From assembly GCA_017993715.1 (NCBI GenBank), contig JAGOME010000002.1, positions 41,429 to 105,428 of the forward strand: a stretch of DNA of 64,000 bases, given 5' to 3'. This stretch comes from Phycicoccus sp. (GTDB lineage Bacteria > Actinomycetota > Actinomycetes > Actinomycetales > Dermatophilaceae). Every line of letters begins with the position of its first letter. The stretch's first letter is position 1. Shown piece after piece: positions 46,070 to 58,711 of this stretch. The translations under genes and the position numbers were made by a program. The notes below the pieces were generated by a model. It saw nothing but the letters and a program-made list of their open reading frames with translations, did no database searches and had not been told where the DNA came from.

Positions 46070-46959
46070 GCACTCCGACCCGGCGACCTGATGCGTCGAT
46101 GACGCTCCTGACCTCGATGATGGAGCGCCCCCTCGATTCGGGGTATGCCGCCGCTGCCGCGCGCCGGACCGAGCAGGGCCTGCCCGCACAGACCTCCCTG
46201 CGCTCCGCGCGCCTGTGGGCGGCCACGGTGGGCCTGGGGTTGGTGCTCGGGATCGGGGGCGCCGCCCTGAATACCTCCGCCAGTGCCAACTCAGCGGCCC
46301 GTTCGGGCCTCGCCGCCCAGATCGAACAAGCACGGGCCGTCACCGACGATCGCACGGAGCGAGTGCAGGCATTGCGGGGCGAAGTCTCCGCCCTCCAGGC
46401 CCAACTGCCCGGCGGCGCAGACGCGTCCGTGTCACCCCTGGAGGTCTCGGCCGGCGCGGTGGCGGTGCAGGGGCCCGGCTTCGTCATCACTCTCGACGAC
46501 GCCCCGACCAGCGCCGTCCGCGGGGAAGGCTTGGACCCGCGCGACGTCGTCCAGTCCCAGGGCACCGTGCTCGCTGTCGACATCCAGACCGTCGTCAACG
46601 GCTTGTGGCAGGCCGGGGCCGAAGCCGTCAGCATCAACGGCCAACGGCTCACGTCGACCTCCGCCATCCGCTTTGCCGGCCAGGCCATCTTGGTGGACTA
46701 CCGCCCGCTGGCCCGGCCCTACGTCATCACCACGATCGGCGATCCGGGCCGGCTCCCAGCGGCATTCGCGGACGGTCCCGCCGGGACGTATGCCGCGACG
46801 CTGAGGGGGACCTACGGAATCGTCGTCAAGACGGCCATGGCTGACTCCGTCGAGTTGCCGGCCGCCGCCACCTTGATCACCCGGTATGCCGTGTCGCTCG
46901 ACAGTGTCGGGGATACTGGACCGGCAGGTTCGCCCCAGGAACCGGAGAGGTCACCGTGA
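46066..46959 (+). CDS. DUF881 domain-containing protein
   Basis: N-terminal TM, coiled segment, then VVQSQGTVLAVDIQTVVNGLWQAGAEAVSINGQRLTSTSAIRFAG. Matches the Rv1823 position. Confidence 0.8.
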   Translation: MSTPTRRPDASMTLLTSMMERPLDSGYAAAAARRTEQGLPAQTSLRSARLWAATVGLGLVLGIGGAALNTSASANSAARSGLAAQIEQARAVTDDRTERVQALRGEVSALQAQLPGGADASVSPLEVSAGAVAVQGPGFVITLDDAPTSAVRGEGLDPRDVVQSQGTVLAVDIQTVVNGLWQAGAEAVSINGQRLTSTSAIRFAGQAILVDYRPLARPYVITTIGDPGRLPAAFADGPAGTYAATLRGTYGIVVKTAMADSVELPAAATLITRYAVSLDSVGDTGPAGSPQEPERSP

Positions 46960-47288
46960 TTCCCGCGTTCGGTCTTGTCGTCGGCATCGTCCTCGGCATC
47001 ATTTTGCAGCCGGCTGTCCCCGTCGTGCTCCAGCCGTACCTGCCGATCGCGGTGATTGCCGCGCTGGACGCTGTTTTCGGGGGAGTGCGGGCGGTCCTGG
47101 ACGGGATCTTCGATGACAAGGTCTTCGTCGTCTCCTTCCTGTTCAATGTGGTCGTCGCCGCCGTCATCGTCTTCATCGGGGACAAGCTCGGCGTCGGCAG
47201 CCAGTTGTCGACCGGCGTCGTCGTCGTGCTCGGAGTGCGGATCTTCAGCAACGCGGCGTCCATCCGCCGGCATCTGTTCAACGCATGA
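46956..47288 (+). CDS. small basic protein Sbp (DUF1290)
   Basis: 110-aa membrane protein (YLPIAVIAALDAVFGGVRA...FLFNVVVAAVIVFIGDKLG). Sandwiched between two DUF881 genes. Confidence 0.85.
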   Translation: MIPAFGLVVGIVLGIILQPAVPVVLQPYLPIAVIAALDAVFGGVRAVLDGIFDDKVFVVSFLFNVVVAAVIVFIGDKLGVGSQLSTGVVVVLGVRIFSNAASIRRHLFNA

Positions 47289-48073
47289 CCAGCGAGCCCG
47301 ACCCGACCGAGCCGACGGCCCCGGCGCCCACAGGACGGTCGTCCGCCAGGCGGGCCTGGCGCCGGCTCGCCCTCGCCGGGCGCCCCCGCGCGACCCGCGC
47401 CAATGGTCTGGCGGCCCTGCTGGCGGTCGCCCTCGGCTTCGCGATCGCGGTGCAGTTCCGTCAGACGTCCGATGAGGGCCTCGACGGCCTGCGGGAGGAC
47501 GAGCTCGTCCAGATCTTGGCCAACGTCAACCAGGACAACAGCCGGCTGGCCGAGGAGGTTGCCAGTTTGCAGGCAACCCGGGATCGGCTGGCCAACTCTG
47601 GGGATGACGCCGAGGCAGCCCTGGCCGCTCAGCAGCGCATCGATGCGCTCGGGGTCCTCGCGGGCACGGTCGGTGCCCAAGGCCCCGGAATCGTGCTGAC
47701 CGTATCGGCTCCCAGCGGCAAGTACACCGCGGCGATGATGCTCGACGCGATTCAGGAGTTGCGCGACGCCGGCGCCGAGGCCATCCAGGTCGGCGACGTG
47801 CGCGTGGTCGCTAGCACGTACTTCTCGCAGGTGGGCGAGGGCATTTCCGTGGACGGGCGACCGGTGAACGCGCCGTATGCCATCCGCGCCATCGGCGACA
47901 GCAAGACCCTGGCCTCGGCGATGGCGATCCCCGGAGGCGTCATCGACAATGCCGCCCGGGTCGGGGGCAACGCCGACGTGGCCCAGGTCGATAGCGTGTC
48001 CATCACCGCGTTGCACGTCGTTTCCGAGCCTCGCTACGCTCTGCCCGTCGCCCCGGAAACCCCGAGTCCGTGA
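47285..48073 (+). CDS. DUF881 domain-containing protein
   Basis: Second paralog ([30 protein letters not shown]). ATGA overlap with sbp. Confidence 0.8.
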   Translation: MTSEPDPTEPTAPAPTGRSSARRAWRRLALAGRPRATRANGLAALLAVALGFAIAVQFRQTSDEGLDGLREDELVQILANVNQDNSRLAEEVASLQATRDRLANSGDDAEAALAAQQRIDALGVLAGTVGAQGPGIVLTVSAPSGKYTAAMMLDAIQELRDAGAEAIQVGDVRVVASTYFSQVGEGISVDGRPVNAPYAIRAIGDSKTLASAMAIPGGVIDNAARVGGNADVAQVDSVSITALHVVSEPRYALPVAPETPSP

Positions 48074-48095
48074 CGCCTTCAACCCAGGAGAACCC

Positions 48096-48485
48096 ATGAG
48101 TGACCTCGAATACCCCAACGATGTGCGCTACACCGTGGAGCACGAATGGGTGCGCGTGAACGACGACGGCACCGTCCGGGTCGGGATCACCTCGTATGCA
48201 CAGGACGCCCTCGGGGATGTCGTCTTCGTGTCGGTGCCGGGCGTCGGTGACGACACGGCCGCCGGCGACACGTGCGGGGAGGTCGAGTCGACCAAGTCGG
48301 TCAGTGATCTGTACGCACCCATCAGCGGCACCGTGACGGCCGTCAACGAGGCGCTCGACACCACCCCCGAGCTGGTCAACTCCGATCCCTACGGCGAGGG
48401 TTGGATCTATGAGGTTCGTCCGTCCAATCCTGCCGACGTGGATGCGCTGATGGACGCCGCCACGTATCAGGACCAACTGACCTGA
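48096..48485 (+). CDS. gcvH: glycine cleavage system protein H
   Basis: YTVEHEWVR...[16 protein letters not shown]...[16 protein letters not shown] (lipoyl-lysine motif). AGGAG lies upstream of the ATG. Confidence 0.95.
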   Translation: MSDLEYPNDVRYTVEHEWVRVNDDGTVRVGITSYAQDALGDVVFVSVPGVGDDTAAGDTCGEVESTKSVSDLYAPISGTVTAVNEALDTTPELVNSDPYGEGWIYEVRPSNPADVDALMDAATYQDQLT

Positions 48486-48579
48486 CGCCTGTCCCGCCCC
48501 GCCCCCTGCGCCTAGGGGTATCCACTCCTCATCGCCTGATCTAGGGTGAGGCCTCCCGAACCCACGAGGACGAAGCACC

Positions 48580-49059
48580 ATGAGCAACGACGGACCCCTG
48601 GAGCGCGACGAACCGGGACGCGGCCCTGCGATCGCGGGCGTGGGCGATCCCACGACCATGCGGATCCCCGGCATCGGCTCCGTCGAGCCTGCCGAGAACA
48701 TCCAGGGCGAACACACCTTGACCCGCGCGGATCAGGCCACCGTCGAGGCGCTGCGCCCTGGCACGGCACTCCTGGTCGTCTTGCGCGGGCCCAACACCGG
48801 CGCCCGCTTCCTGCTGGACGACGACGAGGTCACGTCGGGTCGTCATCCCGAAAGTGACATCTTCCTCGACGACGTGACCGTGTCCCGGCGCCATGCGACA
48901 TTCAGTCGCATCGACGGCCGTTTTGTGGTCCGCGACATCGGCTCCCTCAACGGCACGTACGTCAACCGGGATCGGATCGACGAGCAGTGGGTGCTCGAAA
49001 CCGGCGACGAGGTCCAGATCGGCAAGTACCGGCTGGTGTTCTACGCCGCCCGGGACTGA
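48580..49059 (+). CDS. garA: FHA domain protein GarA/OdhI
   Basis: FHA core GARFLLDDDEVTSGRHPESDIFLDDVTVSRRHATF...LNGTYVN. Conserved position after gcvH. Confidence 0.9.
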   Translation: MSNDGPLERDEPGRGPAIAGVGDPTTMRIPGIGSVEPAENIQGEHTLTRADQATVEALRPGTALLVVLRGPNTGARFLLDDDEVTSGRHPESDIFLDDVTVSRRHATFSRIDGRFVVRDIGSLNGTYVNRDRIDEQWVLETGDEVQIGKYRLVFYAARD

Positions 49060-49068
49060 CCGCCGGCC

Positions 49069-49776
49069 GTGCCTGCTCGCTCTGCGCAGACCCCGATGAG
49101 GATCGGGGCCGTGCTGGACCTGTTGCGGTCCGAGTTCCCCGACGTCAGCATCTCTAAGATCCGCTTCCTGGAGGCCCAGGGCCTCCTGGAGCCGGATCGC
49201 ACGCGGGCTGGCTACCGGGTCTACTCCACGGGCGACGTGGAGCGTTTGCGCTACATTCTGACCGCCCAGCGGGACCGCTTCTGGCCCCTGAAGGTCATTC
49301 GTGAGGCCCTGGATGCTCTTGATCGCGGGGTGTTGCCCTCCGGTGACGAGTCCGACTCCGCCACACCGCGTGCGGCTCCCCCTCCGCGCGATGCGGACGT
49401 GCCCACTGTCGCCGCGCTGCTGCGCTCGGATCGCGTGCGTCTCACGCGATCCGAGCTGGCCGACTCCAGCGGCTGCGCCCCAGCGACGATCGACAGCCTC
49501 CTGGAGTTCGGTCTGATCCAGCCCGATCCGACCGGCCACTTCGGCACCGAGCAGGCACAGGTCGCCGCGGCAGCGGGGGCGCTGACGGCCTTCGGTCTCG
49601 AACCCCGACACCTGCGCGCCTTTCGTGCGGCAGCGGACCGCGAGGTCGGACTCGTCGAGCAGGCGCTGGCCACCCACGCGGACCCCGGTGACCGGGAGCG
49701 CGCCGCGGGACACATCGCTCATGCCTGCCTGCAGTTGCATGCCGCCTTGGTCAAGGCGGGCTTGCGCCGCCATTGA
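49069..49776 (+). CDS. MerR family transcriptional regulator (Rv1828/FtsR-like)
   Basis: MRIGAVLDLLRSEFPDVSISKIRFLEAQGLLEPDRTRAGYRVYS...RDRFWPLKVIREAL. Confidence 0.88.
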   Translation: MPARSAQTPMRIGAVLDLLRSEFPDVSISKIRFLEAQGLLEPDRTRAGYRVYSTGDVERLRYILTAQRDRFWPLKVIREALDALDRGVLPSGDESDSATPRAAPPPRDADVPTVAALLRSDRVRLTRSELADSSGCAPATIDSLLEFGLIQPDPTGHFGTEQAQVAAAAGALTAFGLEPRHLRAFRAAADREVGLVEQALATHADPGDRERAAGHIAHACLQLHAALVKAGLRRH

Positions 49777-49815
49777 CACGCGACCCCGGCGAGGTCAGCG
49801 GGGTACCGTGACAGG

Positions 49816-50388
49816 GTGAGAGTGATGGACGTCCTCGGAGTCCGGGTGGAGATGCCCACCAACCAACCCATCGTGCTGCTGCGGGAGCAGGGCACCGACC
49901 GCCATCTGCCCATCTGGATCGGCGCGGCCGAGGCCAGCGCGATCGCCTACGCGCAACAGGGCGTCATCCCGCCCCGACCGCTCACCCACGACCTCCTCAT
50001 CGATGTCATCGAGGCGGTCGGCCGCCAACTGAGCCGGGTGCGGATCACCAGCCTGACCGATGGCGCCTTTCATGCGGTCCTCGAACTGCGCGATGGGGAC
50101 GGCCGCGTTGTCGAGATCGACTCCCGATCCTCCGACGCGATCGCTCTCGCCCTGCGCGCCAGCGCCGAGATCGTCGCCGACGATGCCCTGCTGGATGATG
50201 TCGGTGTACGGATCGCCGACACCGACGACGACGACTCGCAGGGTGAGTCGGGCGAGGGGCAGAGCGACGTTCTCGAGGAGTTCACGCGATTCCTGGACAG
50301 CGTCTCGCCCGAGGACTTCGGGACGGACAAAGGTCAGCCGGGGGATGGGCCGGCCGGCGACCTGCCTCCGGAGCGACCCTCACTGTAA
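49816..50388 (+). CDS. bifunctional nuclease family protein (DUF151, Rv1829-like)
   Basis: VLGVRVEMPTNQPIVLLREQGTDRHLPIWIGAAEASAIAYAQQG. Start could be 49816, 49822 or 49825. Confidence 0.88.
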   Translation: MRVMDVLGVRVEMPTNQPIVLLREQGTDRHLPIWIGAAEASAIAYAQQGVIPPRPLTHDLLIDVIEAVGRQLSRVRITSLTDGAFHAVLELRDGDGRVVEIDSRSSDAIALALRASAEIVADDALLDDVGVRIADTDDDDSQGESGEGQSDVLEEFTRFLDSVSPEDFGTDKGQPGDGPAGDLPPERPSL

Positions 50389-50450
50389 AGGTGAGAGTGA
50401 GTGTTACAGAAGTGATGTAAAGGAACTTATGTGAAACTCTGCGGTGGTAG

Positions 50451-50479
50451 TTGACGTCGATACTCCGGCGTTCTACCGT
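50451..50479 (+). promoter_or_regulatory. candidate promoter for the second merR gene (TTGACG - 17 nt - TACCGT)
   Basis: The hexamers and 17-nt spacing were read directly. They sit in the AT-richer 170-nt gap, about 80 nt upstream of the ATG at 50561. Confidence 0.35.
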
Positions 50480-50560
50480 CGGGAACCGAGCGAACCACCC
50501 CCATGTAGTCCACCCCGTGAATTCGGGACCGGACCAGCACAGCGCAGGCGAAGGACACAG

Positions 50561-51148
50561 ATGAACGCCATCGAAGAGACTCCGGTCGCCGGCCCGACCC
50601 CCGTCGTTGCCCCGGGAGGGCAGGGACTGCTGTTCCAGGACCACCTGGTCACCCACGACGAAGAGGTCGGCTACCGCGGACCGACCGCCTGCCGGGCCGC
50701 AGGCATCACCTACCGACAGCTCGACTACTGGGCGCGCACCGGGTTGGTCGAGCCCTCAGTCCGCAGCGCCACAGGATCCGGCTCCCAGCGGCTCTATGGC
50801 TTCCGCGACATCCTGGCCCTGAAGGTCGTCAAGCGCTTGCTGGACACCGGAGTCTCCCTCCAGCAGATCCGCGGCGCCGTCACGGTGCTGCGCGAGCGCG
50901 GCGTGGACGACCTGGCCGAGATCACCTTGATGAGCGACGGCGCCTCGGTCTATGAGTGCACCTCATCCCAAGAGGTCATCGACCTGCTCGCGGGCGGCCA
51001 GGGCGTGTTCGGCATTGCCGTCGGTCGGGTGTGGCGCGAGGTCGAGGGGGAGCTGACCCACCTGCCCAGCGAGCGCGCCGACGCCGAGGTCCCGGTCGCC
51101 ATGCCCGGGGATGAGCTCAGTGCTCGCCGCGCGGCACGCCTGGCCTGA
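50561..51148 (+). CDS. MerR family transcriptional regulator (Rv1830-like)
   Basis: YRGPTACRAAGITYRQLDYWARTGLVEPS...RLYGFRDILALKVVKRLLDTGVSLQQIR. The 39 upstream in-frame codons have only about 50 percent GC3, so I start at ATG 50561 (GAAGGA upstream). Confidence 0.88.
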   Translation: MNAIEETPVAGPTPVVAPGGQGLLFQDHLVTHDEEVGYRGPTACRAAGITYRQLDYWARTGLVEPSVRSATGSGSQRLYGFRDILALKVVKRLLDTGVSLQQIRGAVTVLRERGVDDLAEITLMSDGASVYECTSSQEVIDLLAGGQGVFGIAVGRVWREVEGELTHLPSERADAEVPVAMPGDELSARRAARLA

Positions 51149-51200
51149 CACCAGGACCGCCGGACTGACCGTGCGCTAACCTGGTTATCGCTGACGACCA

Positions 51201-51292
51201 CGCACGGGAGAGTCCACGACGATCCTCGACGGATCGCGGTGGCGCCGAAGGGGCAACACTCCCCGGAACCTCTCAGGCCCACGAACCGTGCG
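51201..51292 (+). promoter_or_regulatory. glycine riboswitch aptamer in the gcvP leader
   Basis: P1 cgcacgg/ccgtgcg closes a core with the conserved GGGAGAG...GCGCCGAAGGGGCAA...CTCTCAGGC...ACC elements. A weaker second aptamer-like stretch follows at 51297-51340. Confidence 0.8.
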
Positions 51293-51361
51293 TGCAGGCA
51301 CCTCTGGAGCGGAGCGTTCGCGACAGAAGGGGAGGCTCGATCATCCGTGAAGGAGCCTTCC

Positions 51362-54238
<2,877 letters not shown>

Positions 54239-54374
54239 GCCGAGCTAGTCCTGAGCCCTGCTTGATCCTGTCCTAAATCCTTCCTGATAGAACCCGCCAC
54301 GGTCTCTACTAGGCAGAGTTGGTGCCGCATCTCTACGGTGGTGGGCGGGAAGCCAGGGTTGGAGGGAGACGCAC

Positions 54375-55346
54375 GTGTTCGAGGGCCTACCGACGGCCCA
54401 GGAAAGATTGGCATACGGCCTGCTGATTGACGAGGGGCCGCTGTCAATGGTGCGCTTCGCGACGGCGCTGGGGGTCGACACTGAGGTTGCCGCCGATCTG
54501 GTCGCCTCCTTGCATCGCCAGGGGTTGGTCACCGACAACGGCAAAGGTGAATACACCGCCGCACCCCCTGCCCTCATGCTCGGACCGGCCGTCGAACGCC
54601 AACAACAGGAGGCGCGCGCCCTCCAACTCGAAATCGAGAGCCTGGTCTCGCGCTACCGTTCGCGCGCAGGCGGTTCCGGACTCGGCAGCGAGTTCGACAT
54701 CATCGAGGGCGCCGACAACGTCCGGCGCCATGTCCGGCACATCATGGCCAGTGCACAGACCACTTTCCTCGCCCTCGCACTCGAGATCGACATCGACGAA
54801 CTCCCGGAGGACGGCTACCCCGAGCAGCACAGCGTCGCCGCCGCCGGCCTGGACCACCGGGTCATCCTTGATGACCAGGTCCTGCGACGGCCCGCCCTCC
54901 TGGATGACCTGGCGGTGGCCCTCAAGAGTGGGGTCCGAATCGGCGTGCGGGCCGGCATCCCCACGCGCATGATGATCATCGACAGCCGGGTCGCCACCAT
55001 GCCGCTGACGTCGGACGTGGCCGCCTCAGAGCGGCTGCTTTTCGTGTACAGCAGCCCCATGCTGCGTGTCTTGATCTCGCATTTCGAGGCACTGTGGACG
55101 CAGTCCAGCCCCATCGTGCTGGATGCCTTGGGTGCGGCGCAGGTCTCCGACGAGCTCGAGCCCGCCGACGCCCAGATCCTCGGTTTTGTCTTGGCTGGAG
55201 CCACGGACGAGGCCATCGCCCGGCAGCTCGGTTTGTCCCTGCGGACGGTCCAGCGGCGGGTCCACCAGCTCATGGTCCGGTGGGGTGCGGTGACGCGTGT
55301 CCAACTGGGCTTCGAGGCTGGGCGGCGCGGTTGGAGCCGTCGCTAA
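54375..55346 (+). CDS. transcriptional regulator with N-terminal winged-helix (TrmB/MarR-like) region and C-terminal LuxR-type HTH
   Basis: C-terminus DAQILGFVLAGATDEAIARQLGLSLRTVQRRVHQLM. GTG start preceded by GGAGGGAG. Confidence 0.75.
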   Translation: MFEGLPTAQERLAYGLLIDEGPLSMVRFATALGVDTEVAADLVASLHRQGLVTDNGKGEYTAAPPALMLGPAVERQQQEARALQLEIESLVSRYRSRAGGSGLGSEFDIIEGADNVRRHVRHIMASAQTTFLALALEIDIDELPEDGYPEQHSVAAAGLDHRVILDDQVLRRPALLDDLAVALKSGVRIGVRAGIPTRMMIIDSRVATMPLTSDVAASERLLFVYSSPMLRVLISHFEALWTQSSPIVLDALGAAQVSDELEPADAQILGFVLAGATDEAIARQLGLSLRTVQRRVHQLMVRWGAVTRVQLGFEAGRRGWSRR

Positions 55347-55666
55347 CTCGGGCTCTCATTCTCGGGACCGCGTGCCGGTTCTCCCGGGCGGTCCTGCGAT
55401 CCCTGGCGTCCGGGGCCGCGGCTGGCTGCGGAGTTAGCTGCCGCAGCCAACCGCCCGGTCGGAACCGGAAACTCGTCCTCTGCACCTCGCGTGCGGGCGA
55501 GGGAGGGGAGTGCCGGCGCCTGCTTTGGGGGGATGGGATCAGGCGCTGGGCCAGAGGATGAGTGGCACCTCCAGTCTGAGTCACGCAGGCCCTGGCCACA
55601 TCTTGAGTTCCTGTCAGGTTCTCAGCCTGGCGCGATTGCGACAGCCAGCGCCACGCCGTCTGAGCC

Positions 55667-58600
55667 TCACGCTGCGCCCGTCGCTGGCGTCTGGATCTGC
55701 GCCGTCGACCCCGTTGCGGTCTTGTCCACCACGACGCGATGGGTGATTCGTGCGCGGAGGTCTGCGACGTGCGACACCACGCCGACGGCTCGACCGCCTT
55801 CGCGCAGCCGGTCAAGCACATCGAGCACCTCCTCGAGGCTGTCATCATCGAGGCTGCCGAAACCCTCGTCGACGAACAGCGTCGCGAGTTCGGCGCCCCC
55901 GGCAGCGCCACGCACGGCATCGGCGAGCCCGAGGGCCAGCGCGAGGGAGGCCATGAACGTCTCGCCGCCGGACAGCGAACTGGTCTCTCGAGATCGACCG
56001 GTCCACTGGTCCAGCACCCGAAGTCCCAACCCACTGCGTCGCCCACCGGGGGCCAAATCGTCGGTGTGCTCGAGCACGTAGCGGCCGGACCCCATGACGT
56101 GCAGCCGCTCATTGGCGAGGTGCACGACCTCCTCCAGCCGCGCCGCGAGGACGAACGAGGTCAAGCGCATGCGCATGTCGTTGCTCGCACCGATACCGGT
56201 GACCGTGTCTGCGAGGGCCCGCACCAGCTCCGCCCTCGCCGCCGCGGGGGTCAACGCCGTCAGCGCGGCCAGCAGGTCAGGCGTCAGCCGACCCACGGCG
56301 TCAGCGCGTCGCTGAGCCTGACTCTGCAGTGCCGAGGCCGTGAGCAGCACCGAACGGGCCGCCTCGGCCTGGGCCTCCAGGGATGGGAGGTCGGGGGGCG
56401 GTGCCACCAGGGCGGCCGAGACCTCGGGGTCGGCCAACGTGGCGTCGACGATGGCCCGGGCCTGCGTATGCGCCCTGATGAGCTCCTCGAGGGCGAGGCC
56501 GGTGGCGTCATCGAGCATTGCGGCCTGGGCGGCCTCAGCGGAATCGAACTGCTGGGAGCGCAGGGCGATGGTCAGCTCCTCGGCGGCGCGGTGCTGGCGA
56601 CGCACCGCAGCGGCGAGGTCGTCCTGGGCTTGGACGAACTGGGTCAGGTCGGTGACCCAGCGTGCATGACGGTCAGCCGAAGCGCGCGCCTGGTCCGGGG
56701 TCGACTCGGTCACGACCTCCTGGACGCACGGGCATCCGGAATGCCGCGTGCTGGCGATCCTCATCCGGTCTCGCGCCGCCCGGAGGGCAGCGGTTGCCGA
56801 CTCAGCGCTCCCTGCAGTGCGGACCCGAGCCTCCTGTGCCAGCGCTGCCCGGGTGGCTGTGCGACGAGCCTGGACGGCGAGCGCCGCAACCTGCTGGGCG
56901 GCCGCCGCCTGCGTGGAGCGCTCCTGGATCGCCGCGGCCAGCGTGGCCTGCAGACCTGCGAGGTCCTCGGACAGGGCCTCCACACCGCGATCATCGGGCA
57001 GCTGCGAGCGTCGCTCCGTGATGCGCACCGTTGCGGCCTGACGCTCCAGCTCCAAAGCGGTGCGTAGAGTCTCGGCCCGGACCGCATGCTGTTCTGCGCG
57101 CGTAATGTCGTCGGCCGTGACGAGCCGGTCGGCGTGGGCCGGGGCCGGATGCTCAGGGCTCCCACACACCATGCAAGGCTCGCCGTCAACCAAGGAGGTG
57201 GCCAACTCGGCGGCCATCCCTTCGAAACGCTGTCGACGCAGGTCAAGGACATGAGTCTGGGCGCGCACCGCGTTTTCCGCGGCGGTCACGACCTGCTCGC
57301 GCAACTCGAGGTCACGCAGCCCGTCCTCCTCGACGGCTCGGCGCAGCGACAGGCGGCGCGTCGCGATCTCCACGGCAGACTGCAGCGTGGGGATGTCGGC
57401 CACGACTGCGGCAGCCGTGGCGTCGACCGCCTCGGCCGACTCCAACTCCGCGGCCGCGGCGTCGGCGTCCGCCTGAGCCAGGGCCGCCACCTGCTCCGCC
57501 TGGTCCAGCGCCTCCGCCACGGAGCGGGAGGTCACCAACGACAGCCCGGCGCCGTCGGCAGCCAGGCGCAACTCGGCGACGACGTCGTCGCCCGCCAGCA
57601 ACTCCTCGAGCAGATGGCTGATCTCGACGTCAGCGGTGGTGGGCAGATGTTCCAGGAGCTGGCCGAGCCTGGCCACGTCGAGGTGGGCCAGCTGCACGTC
57701 AGCGTCCGCCGCAGCCACAGCGCGACGATGACCGGTCACAATCTCGGCGCGGCGCGCGGCCGCCAGACGGGCGATCCGGGCCTGCTGGGCGGGCAGGTCG
57801 GTGTCGAGGCTGTGCCGCTGGGCGGCCGCCCGCTCGCCCCGCTCTCGGGCGGCGCTGATGAGCCGGGCCGCCGCCAATGCCTCGCGGGCGGTGCGGTCAC
57901 TCCCGGTCGCGTCGTCATAGGCCGCCATCGTCGTCGTCACCTCTTGGTCGAGGGCGAGGCGAAGGTGATCCAAGGACTCGGCCGTGGGCAGCTCACCCTC
58001 GGTGGAGCCCCCCGGCTCGTCGTCGGCAGTGGTGGCACCCGGTGCGGTCGCCAGGGCATCGTGCAGCCTGACCACCTGGGTGCGGACCTGCTCGATGAGG
58101 CCGGCGGCCAGGGCGGCACTGCGACGTCGCTCCTCAACCAACCAGTCCTCGACCTGCCGAAAGGTCGAGATGTCGAAGAGCCGCTCGAGCACCGCACGTC
58201 GGTCCTCGGGCGTGGCGCGCAGGAAGGTCGCGAACTCACCTTGGGGCAGGACTGCCACAGTGGCGAACTGGGCCAGGCCCAGGCCGAGGACCTGGTCGAT
58301 CAGATCGGCGACCTCGTCGTGGCGGGTGCTGCGGGCCAGCCAACTGCCGCCCTCGAACTCGTGGAGCACCACCTGAGCCGGCACCTTGAGCAGTCCCTGC
58401 CCGCGCTTCTTGGGGCGCGAGTATTCCGGAGAGCGCGTGATCCGCAGTCGCCGGCCACCCGCGGTGAACTCCAGCCGCACGCGGGGCACGGCACCATCCT
58501 GGGCATGGTCACTGCGCAGCCCCTTCTTGCTGCGAGCGCCGGGCACGTCGGCAAACAGGGCGAAGCAGATCGCGTCGATCAGGCTCGTCTTGCCCGAACC

Positions 58601-58711
58601 GGTGGGTCCATGGACGAGGAACAGACCGCCCGAGGAGACCTCATCGAGGTCCAGCAGGCAGGGGCGGGCGAACGGACCGAACGCCTCGACCTCGAGCTGG
58701 TGCAGTCTCAT
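55667..58711 (-). CDS. sbcC: SbcC-family AAA ATPase (SMC-like exonuclease subunit)
   Basis: Walker A GPTGSGKTSLIDAI, long coiled coil with CxxC zinc hook (GEPCMVCGSPEHP), signature LSGGETFMASLALALGL, Walker B LFVDEGFGSLD. Confidence 0.92.
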   Translation of the reverse strand: MRLHQLEVEAFGPFARPCLLDLDEVSSGGLFLVHGPTGSGKTSLIDAICFALFADVPGARSKKGLRSDHAQDGAVPRVRLEFTAGGRRLRITRSPEYSRPKKRGQGLLKVPAQVVLHEFEGGSWLARSTRHDEVADLIDQVLGLGLAQFATVAVLPQGEFATFLRATPEDRRAVLERLFDISTFRQVEDWLVEERRRSAALAAGLIEQVRTQVVRLHDALATAPGATTADDEPGGSTEGELPTAESLDHLRLALDQEVTTTMAAYDDATGSDRTAREALAAARLISAARERGERAAAQRHSLDTDLPAQQARIARLAAARRAEIVTGHRRAVAAADADVQLAHLDVARLGQLLEHLPTTADVEISHLLEELLAGDDVVAELRLAADGAGLSLVTSRSVAEALDQAEQVAALAQADADAAAAELESAEAVDATAAAVVADIPTLQSAVEIATRRLSLRRAVEEDGLRDLELREQVVTAAENAVRAQTHVLDLRRQRFEGMAAELATSLVDGEPCMVCGSPEHPAPAHADRLVTADDITRAEQHAVRAETLRTALELERQAATVRITERRSQLPDDRGVEALSEDLAGLQATLAAAIQERSTQAAAAQQVAALAVQARRTATRAALAQEARVRTAGSAESATAALRAARDRMRIASTRHSGCPCVQEVVTESTPDQARASADRHARWVTDLTQFVQAQDDLAAAVRRQHRAAEELTIALRSQQFDSAEAAQAAMLDDATGLALEELIRAHTQARAIVDATLADPEVSAALVAPPPDLPSLEAQAEAARSVLLTASALQSQAQRRADAVGRLTPDLLAALTALTPAAARAELVRALADTVTGIGASNDMRMRLTSFVLAARLEEVVHLANERLHVMGSGRYVLEHTDDLAPGGRRSGLGLRVLDQWTGRSRETSSLSGGETFMASLALALGLADAVRGAAGGAELATLFVDEGFGSLDDDSLEEVLDVLDRLREGGRAVGVVSHVADLRARITHRVVVDKTATGSTAQIQTPATGAA

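Noticed and set aside
50444-50560. Longer N-terminus for the second MerR regulator (GTG at 50444)
   Set aside because: The 39 extra codons have roughly 50 percent GC3 against near-saturated GC3 in real genes here. ATG 50561 has a GAAGGA ribosome-binding site.
55495-55537. G-tract cluster as a G-quadruplex element
   Set aside because: Four G-runs exist, but one loop would be 18 nt, and such runs are expected by chance in DNA this GC-rich. There is no supporting context.
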